A DNA stretch of 64,000 nt from Chrysomallon squamiferum. Lineage: Eukaryota; Animalia; Mollusca. Under the pieces are notes generated by a model that was given only the letters and a program-made list of their open reading frames with translations, did no database searches and was not told the origin of the DNA. The stretch is taken from NCBI GenBank assembly GCA_012295275.1, contig CM022676.1:6634001-6698000 (forward strand), given 5' to 3'. How positions within the stretch are numbered: the stretch's first letter is position 1; each line of letters starts with the position of its first letter. The position numbers and the translations under genes are program-made. Below are positions 44,938-59,416 of this stretch, in pieces.

Positions 44938-45134
44938 CTTATTTATTTTTATTTATTTATTTATTTATTTTTATTTATTTTATTTATTTATTTATTTATT
45001 TATTTATTTGTTTATTTACTTATTTATTTACTTATTTATTTATTTACTTATTTATTCATTTCATTTATTTACTTACTTACTTACTTATTTATTTATTTAT
45101 TTTATTTATTTATTTATTTATTCATTTCATTTAC

Positions 45135-45169
<35 letters not shown>

Positions 45170-45183
45170 TTTGTTTATTTCAG

Positions 45184-45366
45184 CCTGAATCACTTCAGGC
45201 CACTGACCCTACAAAGCAGGAGGCTGCCACGAAGATACAGACACAGTACAGACAACATGCCGCCATGAAGGAGGTGGATGAGTTGAAGGAGGATGATGCA
45301 AGACTGAAAATACAGGCAGGGGTCAGAGGTTACATGGACCGAAAAAAAAAAAGTGAAAGAACTGAG
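45184..45366 (+). CDS. SPA17: SPA17-like exon with two IQ motifs (AATKIQTQYRQHAAMK; LKIQAGVRGYMDRKK)
   Basis: tttcAG acceptor after a (TTTA)n tract and gtgagg donor. The A11 run at 45342-45352 must be A10 (or A7) to give RKK(K)VKEL-R in phase 2 with the next exon. Confidence 0.85.
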
Positions 45367-45383
45367 GTGAGGGAAGTGTTAGT

Positions 45384-45416
<33 letters not shown>

Positions 45417-45442
45417 TTTTATTTTTATACTAATTATTGTTG

Positions 45443-45475
<33 letters not shown>

Positions 45476-45551
45476 TTATTATTATTTTTTTTTTATTTTA
45501 TTTTATTTTTTTTTTTTTTTTTTATTTTTTATATTATTATAATTATTATTA

Positions 45552-45594
<43 letters not shown>

Positions 45595-46240
45595 TTATTT
45601 ATTTTTTTTATTCTTATTATTATTATTATAATAATTATTATTGGTTTCTTTTATTTAATTTTCTTTATTTAATTATTTAATTTTAAATTTTTATTTCATT
45701 ATTGTTTATTATATTTTATTTTATTCTTCATTATTATTATTAATTATAATAATTATTATTACTTTGTGGCTTTTTTATACATTTAATTTACTTTTACCTT
45801 TTTGTATATTTACTTACATTTAATTATTAATACTACATTAAACTTATATTTTCTTTTTATTTATTTATTACTTAATGATTATATGCTTACTTTTCTTATA
45901 CAAACTTAATTAAAAATACTTACTTACCTTTTGTATATTTACTTACATTCTGACATACTAACTTATATAATACATTAATACTTACATTAATACTTATATA
46001 TTTACTTACCTATTTACTTACTTAATTACTTATATGCTTACTTTCTTATACAAACTTAATTAAAAATACTTACTTACCTTTTGTATATTTACTTACATTC
46101 TGACATACTAACTTATATAATACTTACATTAATACTTACATTAATACTTATATATTTACTTACATACTGACATACTTACTTATGTAATACTTAAATTAAT
46201 ACTTATATATTTACTTACTTACTTACGTACTTACTCACAG

Positions 46241-46358
46241 GAAGAGAAGTATGTCTGAACCTCAGTTTGATTTTGATATGAAGGACCCGGAAGTACAGAA
46301 TGCAGCAGTGAAAATACAAGCAGGTTTCAAAGGATACAAAGCCAGGAAAGAGATGCAG
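46241..46358 (+). CDS. SPA17: Acidic-IQ exon: (R)KRSMSEPQFDFDMKDPEVQNAAVKIQAGFKGYKARKEMQ
   Basis: ctcacAG acceptor and gttagt donor; 118 bp, phase 2/0. Not in the + ORF track. Confidence 0.9.
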
Positions 46359-46411
46359 GTTAGTTGATATACGAAAACCAAAATCTTATAGTTGTGTGAT
46401 TCATAATTATT

Positions 46412-46460
<49 letters not shown>

Positions 46461-46485
46461 TATTTTAGATACGTTGTAAAACAAC

Positions 46486-46591
<106 letters not shown>

Positions 46592-46610
46592 ATTATTACC
46601 TTTATTACTG

Positions 46611-46655
<45 letters not shown>

Positions 46656-46717
46656 TTTTTGTTTTTTTATTTTTTTTATATCACGATATATAATGTCTTG
46701 TTTACTAGCTAACTATT

Positions 46718-46748
<31 letters not shown>

Positions 46749-48383
46749 TTATTATTTTATTATTTTATTATTAACATCAATGTTATTATTTTTTATTGTT
46801 ATTGTTATTTTATAGTTATTTTTTGATATTATTATTATTATTATTATTATTATTACAAGTTATTTTTATTTTTAATTTATTATTATCATAATTGTTATTG
46901 TTGTTATGTTATTATTATTATTATTATTATTAATAAGTTTCAAGTGTGTTGTTTTTAGATTAAACTGGTGTTATTTGGATTGCAATGTTTATTGTTTATT
47001 TTCTTAATTTTAACATTTTTCTATTTATTATTGTTTTTAAATTTTAATATATCAGTTCATTTAATATCAATTACATAATCAATGTTTTGTGAAATATTGT
47101 TAACGTCCATTGTGTATGTATTTTATTAAATGTTTAATTATGTGTTGTTCTGTTGGGTAAAGTATTAAGTATTAGGACAGGTAATTCTGTGTTAATTTGG
47201 TTTGTTTATTTTTGTTTATTTTGACATTATTATTATATATGTGTGGTTTGTCATGTTACTTCCATTAAGGGGAGATAATTCTAACTACTGGATCAATGTG
47301 TTTCCAAATACTTTGGTTACTTTTGTTTTTAACTATTATAATTTTTCTCATTGACTATCAGCACATTGTTTAAATTATGATTAATATTATTACACACATT
47401 TATAAACAAAAATCTACACAACATTTACACATCATTTTCACATCATTTTCATTTCATTTTATGATGATAAATCTCTTATAATTGGAATTAATAATCCACA
47501 CCCTATAAAATATCAAAGATACACGTCTTCTGATTTAAGTTATAGTTTCTTTATGAATTTAAACCTAGAATATTGGTTTGTGTGTTAATACAGTTGGTGT
47601 GTTTTAATAATAAAATAACACAGAATTTTAGAATTAAGTGTTTGAAATTTAGACTGCTAGTGATAAAGTAGAAATCAGTTGTGTTTAAAGTTTTGTAAAA
47701 ATTTGTGTTTTAATAACTAAAATAACAGATAATTTTTTTTATTATGTGTGTGAAATTTAGACTATTAGTAAAATTATAGAAATTAGTTGTGTTAAAATAT
47801 GGTGAAAAAAAAGGACACCATTAGAATTTAAAACTGTTTGGCAGTAGATGTGTGTTTTAACATCAACACTAGTCCATGTTTTGACCTCCGAATTATCAAC
47901 TGTTCATTCAACTGTGTTGGTCATCTAAATATTCAACATATTTTTATCTCAGTGATTATTCAATTTAGGTTATTAATTTTATTCATTCATCGACTGATTA
48001 AAATTGGTAAGTTAATGTATTACAAGTTATTTCTACTCCTCATTTGATTGCTATAAAATTGTGTTACGATACAAGAGTTAAATTATCTTATAATATTCAG
48101 AAATAATAATCAGACACCCAAAACTGTCCAAACAACAAAAATTTAAAAAATAATTTGTATCCCAAGAAATCATTCAGCCATCTTCTCAATCACATGCCCA
48201 CTGAAAATTTCTTTTTTTGTCTGCTTTTGTAAATTCCTCCTTTTTTCACTGAGCCTCCACATTTCCATCACACTGAAATAAAAACTTAATTATTTATTTA
48301 ACTCTTTATATGACAAAATACGTCACTTAAATCAGGAAATTTTAGTGATATTACAATTACATAACAACTGTTACACTGAACAG

Positions 48384-48524
48384 CAGGGAGGAAAGACAGA
48401 CAAACAGACAGACAAACAGACAGAGGAAATTGTCGATATTAAACTAGATGACCCCGAAGTGGAGGCAGCAGCCATTAAAATACAAGCTCAGTTTAAAGGT
48501 TATAAAACAAGAAAGGAGTTTAAG
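48384..48524 (+). CDS. SPA17: Acidic-IQ exon: QGGKTDKQTDKQTEEIVDIKLDDPEVEAAAIKIQAQFKGYKTRKEFK
   Basis: CAGCAG tandem acceptor (48383/48386) and gtcagt donor; 141 bp, phase 0/0. Confidence 0.88.
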
Positions 48525-48614
48525 GTCAGTTAAATTAGGTAGATTCTCTTTTTTTTTCTTTAACGTAGATAGCTTCACTGAAACCTTGTTATCTCTGTTT
48601 GAACACTTTAAATA

Positions 48615-49250
48615 GGTTAGTATGAACACTTTATACAGCTTAGTATGAACACTTTATACAGCTTAGTATGAACACTTTATATAGGTTAGTATGAACACTT
48701 TATATAGGTTAGTATGAACACTTTATATAGGTTAGTATGTACACTTTATATAGGTTAGTATGAACACTTTATATAGGTTAGTATGAACACTTTATATAGG
48801 TTAGTATGAACACTTTATATAGGTTAGTATGAACACTTTATACAGCTTAGTATGAACACTTTATATAGGTTAGTATGAACACTTTATATAGTTTAGTATG
48901 AACACTTTATACAGCTTAGTATGAACACTTTATACAGCTTAGTATGAACACTTTATACAGTTTAGTATGAACACTTTATACAGTTTAGAATGAACACTTT
49001 ATATAACTTAGTATGAACACTTTATACAGTTCAAGAACATTTTATATAGCTTAACACTAACACTTTATATGAACACTTTTTATAAGATAGCATGTACACT
49101 TTATACAGCTTAGTATGAACACTAACTATTCAGCTTAATATGAACACTGTATAGTTTAGTATGAACACTTTACACAGCTTAAAATGAACACTTTATACAG
49201 CTTAAAATGAACACTTTATACAGTTTTGTATGAACACAGTTAGCTTTCTA
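48615..49250 (+). repeat. 23-bp minisatellite (tagtatgaacactttata(t/c)ag(g/c)t)
   Basis: More than 20 copies, near-perfect at the 5' end and decaying 3'. Confidence 0.95.
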
Positions 49251-50190
49251 CAAACACTTTATAAGTTTTATATGAACACATAGACTGTTTTAAGGTGTAT
49301 TACAAACTATGGAGCTTGATATGAGCCCTTTTAGCTTTCTGTAAATAGTTTGTAAGATTTATGTGAACACACATAGACAACATCACTGTGTCTAGTGTAA
49401 TATAAACACATTATAGTGCTTAATATGGATACTGGTGGAGCTTGTTGTGAATAGTTTAAAATCTTTGATCAGCATATGTAGATAGTTTTATAGTATGTAG
49501 TTTAATATGAACACAACACAGAGCTTGTTATGAACACAACACAGAGCTTGTTATGAACACAACACAAAGCTTGTTATGAACACAGCTTTCTGTGAACACT
49601 TTATTATCGCTATATGAACACATGTAGATAGTTTTACATCTAATTATTATATGTTTTATGAACATGATATTGTATAGCTTTATTTATAATGAGGACAAAG
49701 AGATTTTTTTCTGTGTATATGTCTGTCTGTAAACTCTATTTATATATATATATATACCCATACATATACCATTGTTTGAAAACCTTCATTTGATGATATA
49801 TGAACACATCGTATCACTTTTTATGAACACATTATTAAGTAGTTTTGTATGAACATTGTAGACAGGCATTTTGAACAGTTTTTTATTCAGCTTTTTGTAA
49901 CAGTGAGTGTTGGTGAGCACATTATGCAGCTTTGTATGAACATGATCTTACTTTTAAGTGAACATTAAAAATCTTTATATTATGGTATCTTGTAAAAATA
50001 GCTTATATACACATGTATGTGAGTGCATTTTGATAGCTTTACAAATTTTACTAAATTTATAGATAAATTTACAATTTAATGTATAGAGTGTAAATGCTTT
50101 ATATGAATATGTGTGTAGATGTCTAAATATGGATAACTTTATTTCATATTTTAAGGATGGATATAAATGTTGATAGTATAGTAACTGTAT

Positions 50191-50223
<33 letters not shown>

Positions 50224-50230
50224 TTGTTTT

Positions 50231-50278
<48 letters not shown>

Positions 50279-50311
50279 TATGTATATGTATATGTATATA
50301 TATGTATATGT

Positions 50312-50344
<33 letters not shown>

Positions 50345-53001
50345 TATATGTATATGTATATATGTATATGTATATGTATATATGTATATATATGTAGATA
50401 TGTAGATAGCTTTGAACTGACACACGGTTTTTTAAAAACCTTTTACAGATAGCTCTATATGACCATAGAAATCTTTATAAAAAGCTTTATCATAATATTA
50501 TACTAATACATTGTATTAATATATCTTTATATGAGCACATTGTAATTTAGATAACTTTATATGAGCACAAGAATATTAATACATAACTTTATATGAATGC
50601 AAATATATTACAATAGATAACCTTTTTTCATTCACAGATCTGTACACATACAACAGAATACTTTAGTGTATTTTGTTTAACACACTTTATGTTGTAGTCT
50701 TTTGCATTATTTAAACATAGAAAATATTACACCTGAATGGTTTTTGCATATATATATATATATATATATTATGGTAGATAATTTAATGTTCACTTATTTT
50801 AATAGAGTCCAGTATATAACTTCATATGAACACATAATTATATATTGTAAAAATGTTCTTTATATGAAACATATATATGTATCATAATAATTATCTTTAT
50901 GTGAACACATAATATGTATTGTAATAATTATCTTTATATGTATAGACACGTAATTATGTATTGTAATAACTATCATTATGTGCTTATGTGTATTTATTTT
51001 AGTTATGAAAATCTTATTTATAAAAATATAATAATATCTGTTCATTAGAAAGTACTTTTTAATGTTAATATAAAATACTGTTTTCTTTGCAAATAGTTAT
51101 ATCTACGGTAGATAAAATTTGATTCACTCTTGGGCAGTGCATGCATGCTTGAACATAATTAAAAGTTTATTTATACTGCATGGAAAGTAGATTTAGCAGA
51201 AGTGATTGTTTTAGAATGGGAAAAAAGTCAACAATATGAGTTCAATTTTCACAGATATAATAATTTGACCATTTATATAATTTTATATTAACAAATTTTA
51301 CAGATGACTTAATGTTTTGACTTCTGTTAAAATGGACTGTATATTAGTTACACTTTTTACTATTTATATTTGACTAAAATTAGCTTCTTTTTTTTTTAAT
51401 TCAGCCCATTCCAAACAGTTATTATTGTTTTTTTTATCTACATTTCTGCATTGAATTTTATCGAGCTTTTTCAGAAATGATAAATAATATTTTAATGTTG
51501 GTAATTTTTCTCTCTTCTTTTCTTTATTTAAATTAAAGCTAGTTATTTCATTTTAAAACCAAATACACTATATCTAAACTTTTGATGAGTGGTATTGCCC
51601 TTTTTTATAAGAATTTTTTTAAATTTATATTCAGTGCTAAATAATTATAATAGTAATAGAAAAGAAAAAAGTAAATAAAATTAAATAATTAGATAAATAT
51701 GTATAGAAAATAACAAGCTTACTAACACAAAAAACAAGCTGAAATAAACATCACTACTTACTTTTAATTATTTATATGCATGTGAACTGCACTATTTTTT
51801 TTTTTAAATAAATTTTGAAATTAGGCTTGTTGGCATGATTATGCATCTTGAAACATTTGCACCTCACATTTTCACACATAGTCAGTGGCATTTTATATAT
51901 ATTCTTTGTATTATAATAATCAAATGTAATAAGATCAAATTATATTGTTTAACTTATAATTGAGTTATGAAAATGTAAAATAAATTTTTATTTTTTTTTA
52001 TTTTAATAATTATTTAGAATCAGTTTTAAAGAATGTACTATTTATTATTATTATTATTATAATGCTTAAACATGTATAAACCTTTTAATTGGCTATGTAT
52101 AATCTATCTGTCTGTCTATCTGTCTATCTAATCTGTCTACCTATCTATCTATCTATCTATCTATTTTTATTCAGATATATATAGTCATATTATACTGGTA
52201 TCGTTCTTTAAATTTTTAAATATTTAAAAAAAAATTTGGTCACATTGTTTCAGTAATTTTTTTTTATATTTTAATAATATCAATAAAACTTCTTAATTTA
52301 ATTGTTATAATATTTGTCAGAATCAGTCACTGTCATGCTAGACAAGTTGTAACTGGACAAAGCACAGATTTTCATTCTGTGGGTCAAACTTAAACAGTTT
52401 TCAGTTTTTATTAAAATGAAGCTTTTCGTGCTGCTATTATTATTATTCTTGAAAAGATTATTGTTAATGTTCCTTGCTCTAAGTCAACACAGAGATATGG
52501 AATGCATGTTGTCTTGTTCCATCCTAATTTGTCAGAACAGTTTTTTTTTTATTATTGCCCTTTTTTTTAAAAGTTAAGTACAGAATTACAAACCATAAAC
52601 AAAAGTATACAGAAATTTAAAAAAAGTGAAAAATATCATGTGACTGAGAAAAACAATTTCATATCTGTATCAGAATTTTTAAAGTTTTTGAAAATTAGAT
52701 AAATCATAATGACACTATGCAGTATTTTGTTAATTAGTGGATTTTGTTAATAATTTTAAAAATAAAATAATTATATTATTATTTTTTTGAAAAAAAAAAT
52801 ACTGAATGAAATAGTACTAGTAATTATAATCATAATAATAAGAATGTGTAGCAGTAATAATGATAATAAATTAATTATAATGCATTATAATAATGATGAT
52901 AAAATAATAATAATAATAGTAATGAAATAATTCTGGTAATAATAATTACAGTATGTAATGATGATGATTATAAAATAATTATTATAATTTATTAATATTA
53001 A

Positions 53002-53033
<32 letters not shown>

Positions 53034-53269
53034 TAATAATGAAATATACTAGTAAATATAATAAATAAATAATAAATAAAATAATAAATAAACAAAATAG
53101 GATTATAAAAACAAAATAAAACAAAAAAATAAAATAAAAATAAAAGAAGTTATTTAAGCTATTAGTTTTTTTTTTTTTTTTATTTCATAAAATATAAAAA
53201 ATATTTCCACTGAAGAACTAAATATTGAAATTTGTTACAAATTTTTTAGAATTTAAATTATTTGATCAG

Positions 53270-53840
53270 TTTGTTCATTTATCTTATATAATATACATTA
53301 TATATCTTATCTGATTTTTTAAAAATGTATAAAAATATAATATACATTATTTATCTAATACAGTTTACATTATTTATCTACTATAATATACATTATTTAA
53401 TTAATAAGTTTGTTCATTTATCTTATATATTATACATTATATATCTTATCTGATTTTTAATGTATCTAATATAATATACATTATTTATCTAATACAATAT
53501 ACATTATTTATCTAATATAATATACATTATTTAATTAATAAGTTTGTTAATGTATCTAATATAATATACATTATTTATCTAATGAGTTTTTTTATTATCT
53601 AATATAATATACATTTTTTATCTAATGAGTTTTTTTATTTATCTAATATAATATACATTATTTATCTAATGAGTTTTTTTAATTTATCTAATATAATATA
53701 CATTATTTATCCAATGAGTTTTTTTAATTTATCTAATACAATATACATTATTTATCTAATGAGTTTTTAAGTTATCTAATATAATATACATTTTTATCTA
53801 ATGAGTTTTTTTAATTTATCTAATACAATATACATTATAT
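53270..53840 (+). repeat. AT-rich tandem repeat (tatctaatataatatacattatt / tatctaatgagtttttt)
   Basis: Many copies running up to the acceptor at 53863. Confidence 0.9.
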
Positions 53841-53863
53841 TTATTACATCCTGCTGCTATCAG

Positions 53864-54905
53864 GATTCTGACAATATTGAGGAAATTGACCTTGACCTTA
53901 ATGACCCCGAACTTACTGCCGCAGCAAACAAAATACAGGCATCGTTTCGGGGCCGGTTTGGAAAACAATCAGAACCCGAACCAGCAGCAAGTGATGAAAA
54001 GAAGAACGAAAACGGTAAAGAAACGAAAAAGAAACAGGAGGAAGAAGAAGAGATTGACATTGATCTGAACGACCCCGAGGTCGCGTCTGCAGCCACCAAG
54101 ATTCAGGCCAGTTTCAGGGGTCGTCTGAAAAACAAGAGCAAGCCGCCGGAACGGGAAATAACGAAGGAGGCGCAAGAGCCACTACCCAAGGAACCGGAGA
54201 AGAAGCAGGAAGAAGAGGAAATAGACATTGACCTCAATGACCCCGAGGTTGCGAATGCCGCTGCTAAAATTCAGGCAAAGTTTCGTGGGGCCGATTCACA
54301 CCCAGGCCCTTGAAGCACCGGAATACGAACATCAACGCACAGCCGAAGGATGCAGAGCAAGGCCCTGCTCGTCCCGAATGTCAGAAAGAAGAAGAAGAAG
54401 AAAAAAAAGAAAAAAAGAAGAAGAAGATAAAAAAGAAGAGATCGATATCGATCTAAAGGATCCAGAAGTTGTGGCTGCTACAGCGAAGTTGCAGGCCGGG
54501 TTTCGAAACAGATTTAAAAACAAGAGCAAAGGTGCAGGAAAACAGGTCGAGAGTGTCGAGGTAAGAGGTCAAACAGGGGTCAGTGACGTTACCGGGTCAC
54601 ACACCGTCACCAGCACCAGTATTATCCCTGACGTCAAGCAGGAGGTCAGAGTCGAGAAAAAGGTAGCGGACGAGAACGAGGTTAAACTGAACAAAAACGG
54701 AAACGCCCTGCATTTAGCTTTGGTTTCCGAAAACCTTAGTGAGGGTCAAGGTCGAGTAAGAGGTCGGGTCAGGGTCGCGTCTGATACCGCTAACCACCTT
54801 AGTATGATGGGGGTAATAAAAGTGACGACCTTCACCTTACCAAATCCAGTCTTACAAATGCCACGTCACTTTCAGAGGCAGGGTTTGACAAAAATAGTGC
54901 CCTGA
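53864..54905 (+). CDS. SPA17: Large exon with four acidic-IQ modules (IQASFRGRF, IQASFRGRL, IQAKFRG, LQAGFRNRF); internal donor at 54560 or read-through to a stop at 54903-54905
   Basis: tatcAG acceptor, phase 0. ORFs 53801-54313 and 54228-54905 overlap and both carry the module, implying frameshift(s) between ~54285 and ~54415. In-frame GAG|gtaaga donor at 54560/54561. AATAAA at ~54928 follows the read-through stop. Confidence 0.8.
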
Positions 54906-56181
54906 AATCCGAGGTTGGTAACAGCATAATAAAAGCATGTGAGAGATGGGTTTTTTTGAACATAATGTACCTTCAGTAATATTGTATACGTATACAGCAG
55001 TATGAATCTTGCAGCTGTGCGTCATGTATGTAAAATCTGTCTTGTGAATAACATGCACTTGTAAGAATCTGAATTGTAAACGTACCATTGTGTTTTGTAA
55101 ATACGTATACTGTATTGTATAAGTTGCATATGTGTTGTTGTTGTTGTTGTTGTTGTTTATATTGTTATTATTGTTGTTGATGTTCATTGTTCTATATTTG
55201 AGCATTTTATGAAAGCATTTGTTTATTACTAACATGAAGAATAATCGTTATATATTTATTTTTTTACTAACACCTTTTTTTTATATTTTGAATTTTGTTT
55301 ATTTTTAATTTTTAATTTTTTTGTTTAATTTAATTTTATTTGTTATTTTACATTTTGGTTTCTTATTTTCAGTTATTTTATTTTCAGTTTAAAGTATATA
55401 TTTTAAATAAAGTATATATATATATATATATATATGATTATTCTGGTTCAAAACTTTCTTTATAACATTTTTAATTTTTATTTATTATTTCGAAGATTAA
55501 ATATCCCATCAACATTGTCTTCTCACCAATTTTTATTTATTTATTTTATTTATTTTATTTCATTTTTAATTAATTCTATTTACTTATCTTTCTTTCTCTT
55601 TTATCATTTTTTGAAAATTTCTTTTTAATTTCATTTCTAGTCTTTCTTTCTGAATAATATAATTTACTTATTTTTCATTTTCAGAATAATTAAATATTTA
55701 CAAGTTTCCTTTGCAGATTTGATCACTTTAGTATTCCATTATATGCATGGTTATTTTCAGTTGATTTTTTTTTTAGCTCAAACTGTCTCAAAATTGACTC
55801 AAATTGACTCAAATTGATTGTGGTTATGCATGTGTTGATATATTGTGTGTGTTAAAATAGATATAAAATTTATTTAAAGTAAGTTTAAATATCTAAGAAA
55901 AAAATAATATTAAAAATATTTAGAAATATGTGTGTGTATATATATATATATATATATACACACACAAAAAACACATTATTATTATTATTATACAAAATTT
56001 TTTAATGTAAATTTTTTTATTATAAATAAGCTTTGAGGATCACAAGTGATTTCATATTGAGGAAATCATATATATATTTATTTATTTATTTATTTATTTA
56101 CTTATTTACTTATTTACTTATTTTAAAATCATTAAAACACCAAATATACTATATATTTATAATAATTTTAATAACCACTCC

Positions 56182-56240
<59 letters not shown>

Positions 56241-56401
56241 GTACTACTACTATTATTACTATAAAGCCACTGAATGTAGTATTAATAATAATTCAACCCC
56301 AATATTACAAAACAAACAAACAAACGAAAAAAAACAAACATTAGTTTTAAAGCTTAAAATGAATTACTAAAATCACACTCGCTACATTTTCTGTCCCCTA
56401 G

Positions 56402-56536
56402 GAAACAAAATCATATCAGGGTATGTCGCTGCAACACAGGGACTCAGGCCAGATTGATATTGACTTAACCGATCCTGATGTTGAAAAGGCAGCCATCAAA
56501 ATACAGGCATCTTTTAAAGGTTATAAAACTCGTAAA
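56402..56536 (+). CDS. SPA17: Acidic-IQ exon: ETKSYQGMSLQHRDSGQIDIDLTDPDVEKAAIKIQASFKGYKTRK
   Basis: ttttctgtcccctAG acceptor and gtaaga donor; 135 bp, phase 0/0. Confidence 0.9.
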
Positions 56537-56748
56537 GTAAGAGACAGAAAAAAAAATATAAAAAATTTCATCTTTTCTGCTGCCTTCGAGAGAATCTTTA
56601 TTCTGTTGTTTTGGTTTTTTTTTAGAGTTATCCATTTTTGGGGCTTTTTTTTTTTACGTAGCTTTCTTTTTTCTTTTTAATTTTTTTTATAGTTTTTTTA
56701 GTTTGCCAGTCCTTTTTTATTAAATTTTCTCACTAAACTATATATATG

Positions 56749-56779
<31 letters not shown>

Positions 56780-59209
56780 TCCTGTGTATTTGTGTGTATG
56801 TGTGTATGTATATGCTTACACATAAACACATACACATATATCTATTTAGGTTAGTGAGAAAATTAAATTTGTATACGTATATATATAAATTCATTTTTGT
56901 AGTTGTTCCTTTTCTTTTTTCTTTCCATTTTTAGTTAAATTAGTTTGCTAGTTTTTCTTTTTACTGTTTGCTTTTATTTCATTTATTTTCTTAGATCTTT
57001 ATTTATTTTTATTTTTTTTATAGTTTGCTGGTTATTTATGGCTACAATGTTCCTTTTTATATATATATATATTTTGCCTTGTTTGTGTAGTTAGTTAATT
57101 TTATAGTTGTGCTGTTTCTTTTTTTACTTTCAGATTTTGATTTCTTGTAGTTAATTTTGTTTTGTTTTCAGAATTCAAGATATCATGAATATTTAATAGT
57201 TCTTTTTTTTTGGTTTCTATCTCTTTCAGCATTTAGTTTCCATATCTTTGACTTTATTTCTCTCTATATATTTATTTAGTTATTCAGAATTATTTAGAAT
57301 TTAGTTTCTTTGAATATATATATATATATAGATATGACTACATTTGCCTCTTTCTTTTATAGTATATATATATATCTTATCTTTTGTTTTTTCAAATTTC
57401 GACCTTTCTCCTTGTCCTTAGTTAAATTTATAATCCTTCCCTTTAAATTAGATTAAATAGAAATAAAATTGTATATATTTCTCTGTATATGTCTGTATGT
57501 GTGTATACCTGCCTTTGTATACATCTGTGTGTGTATGTGAGTGTATGTTTGATTAAATTAACGTGAAAAAAGAAATCTATTATTTCTTTATTCTTTAACC
57601 ATTCATCTTTATACCCATAGTCTTAAAATGTCTCATTCCTAATTCTTGTTTTCAGAGTGTATGTTTGTATCTATTGTTCTGTACTGTTTGCTTTATTCAT
57701 GCTTCATTCGCTTTGTTGTTTATTCTCTCGTTTAGTTGTAATTTAGTCTGTTTCAGATTAGAATATATTGATTGACTGAAATAGTTTTATATATATATAT
57801 ATATATTTGGTAGAATATTATAAAAATTTGTTAAAATGTAGCAGAGATTAAAATGTTAGTAAGTTAATTATTACTAAGAATTTTTAAATTTATTAGTGTA
57901 GAAAAGAACTTGGTATAATTTATTTTTTACCAGTAATTTATTTATTAACATAAACACACCATTAAAAAATAAATAAATAAATAATTAAATAAATAAATAA
58001 ATAAAAATTAAAAATTTAAAAATTTAAAACATAAAAAAGAAATCTGATTTTTACTTTATTTCAAGTTAATTAATTATTTATTTTGTTTACTATATCTCCT
58101 AATATATTATTAATTATAAATTATTTTCCCTAAATTAAAGACTAATACATTTAGCTCAAAATTTATTATCTAATAACATCAATAATGTTAATAAATAAAT
58201 ATAGTTTATTTAATATCACTTCATTATTATGCAAATACATTTATTTCCAAAATACTGTATAACTTAATTTGTCTACTGCACATAAGTATAGTGTAGACAA
58301 GACACAGCTTTAGCAGTGTTGTCATGGTTACTGTTAAGCATGTTGAGACTAGTTCATATATGCCTGTTATGGATGAACCTCCAACTTCAGCAAAGAGTTT
58401 TGTCCATGTCAGGCGTGCATGAACCTTTTTGTCCATAGTCAGATTCTTGTATCTGTAAAGTGACTGTGTAAAATTTGGTGACGAAAATAATGAAATTTCT
58501 GTAAAGAATTTGATTATAGTAACATAATAATAACAATCCAACACAATACTGTAATGATTGTTATATTTTGACATAATGGATAAAGTACAAATAAAAATAA
58601 TTCCATTTTATTAATATGACGACAAAGAGGGCATTCAAGTAGTATAATTTTATTATTGTATTATGTAGACATTGCCTCATATAGCTTGATGATTATTTTA
58701 AAAATATATATATTTTATTTAAATATTAATATATTTTTTCATGAATTAAAAATATTATATATATATATATACCTTGAAATTATTCTGTAATGAAATATGT
58801 CTTATGATATTGATAATGTACAATTTTTTTGTGAAATACTCTCAGAAAGTATCATAATGTTTAATTTCTGAAATTTGCATTATAATAATACCATGAGCAT
58901 TACAAAATGTGCCTTAAGATAATACCAGTTATTTCATAATTCAGTATACCAAATAGCAACCATGATCAGTATGAAATATATATTATAACACCATTATAAT
59001 TTTATGAAATATACCTTAAATAATACCATTGTTAACTCATGAAGAATTCATTAAATAACACCATAATAATTATTTATTGAAATATACCTTGAAATAACAC
59101 CATAATAATTATTCATTGTAATATATCATTGCAATAATATGAGATAACCGATTTTTTTAACAATACACTTTTGTCTTGATAATACAAATTGTCTTAAATG
59201 GGTTTTCAG

Positions 59210-59416
59210 GAGACCAAGGAGCAGTCCAAGGAGCAAGAAACAGAGGACAAACAGGAAGAGGAAACAGTTGAAGGTGAAGGTGAGGAATCTGCAGCAGAAC
59301 AGAAGGAAGAGGAAATTGACATTGACCTCAATGACCCTGATACAGAAAAAGCTGCTCTCAAGATTCAGTCGTCATTCCGTGGCTACAAAACCAGGAAGGA
59401 GCTCGATTTGAAAAAG
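59210..59416 (+). CDS. SPA17: Acidic-IQ exon: ETKEQSKE...EEEIDIDLNDPDTEKAALKIQSSFRGYKTRKELDLKK
   Basis: ttttcAG acceptor and gttggt donor; 207 bp, phase 0/0. Confidence 0.9.

Noticed and set aside
48615-49250. Regular 23-bp repeats (and the 60670-61190 array) as a CRISPR array
   Set aside because: Head-to-tail units without unique spacers of constant length, no cas genes, eukaryotic intron context.
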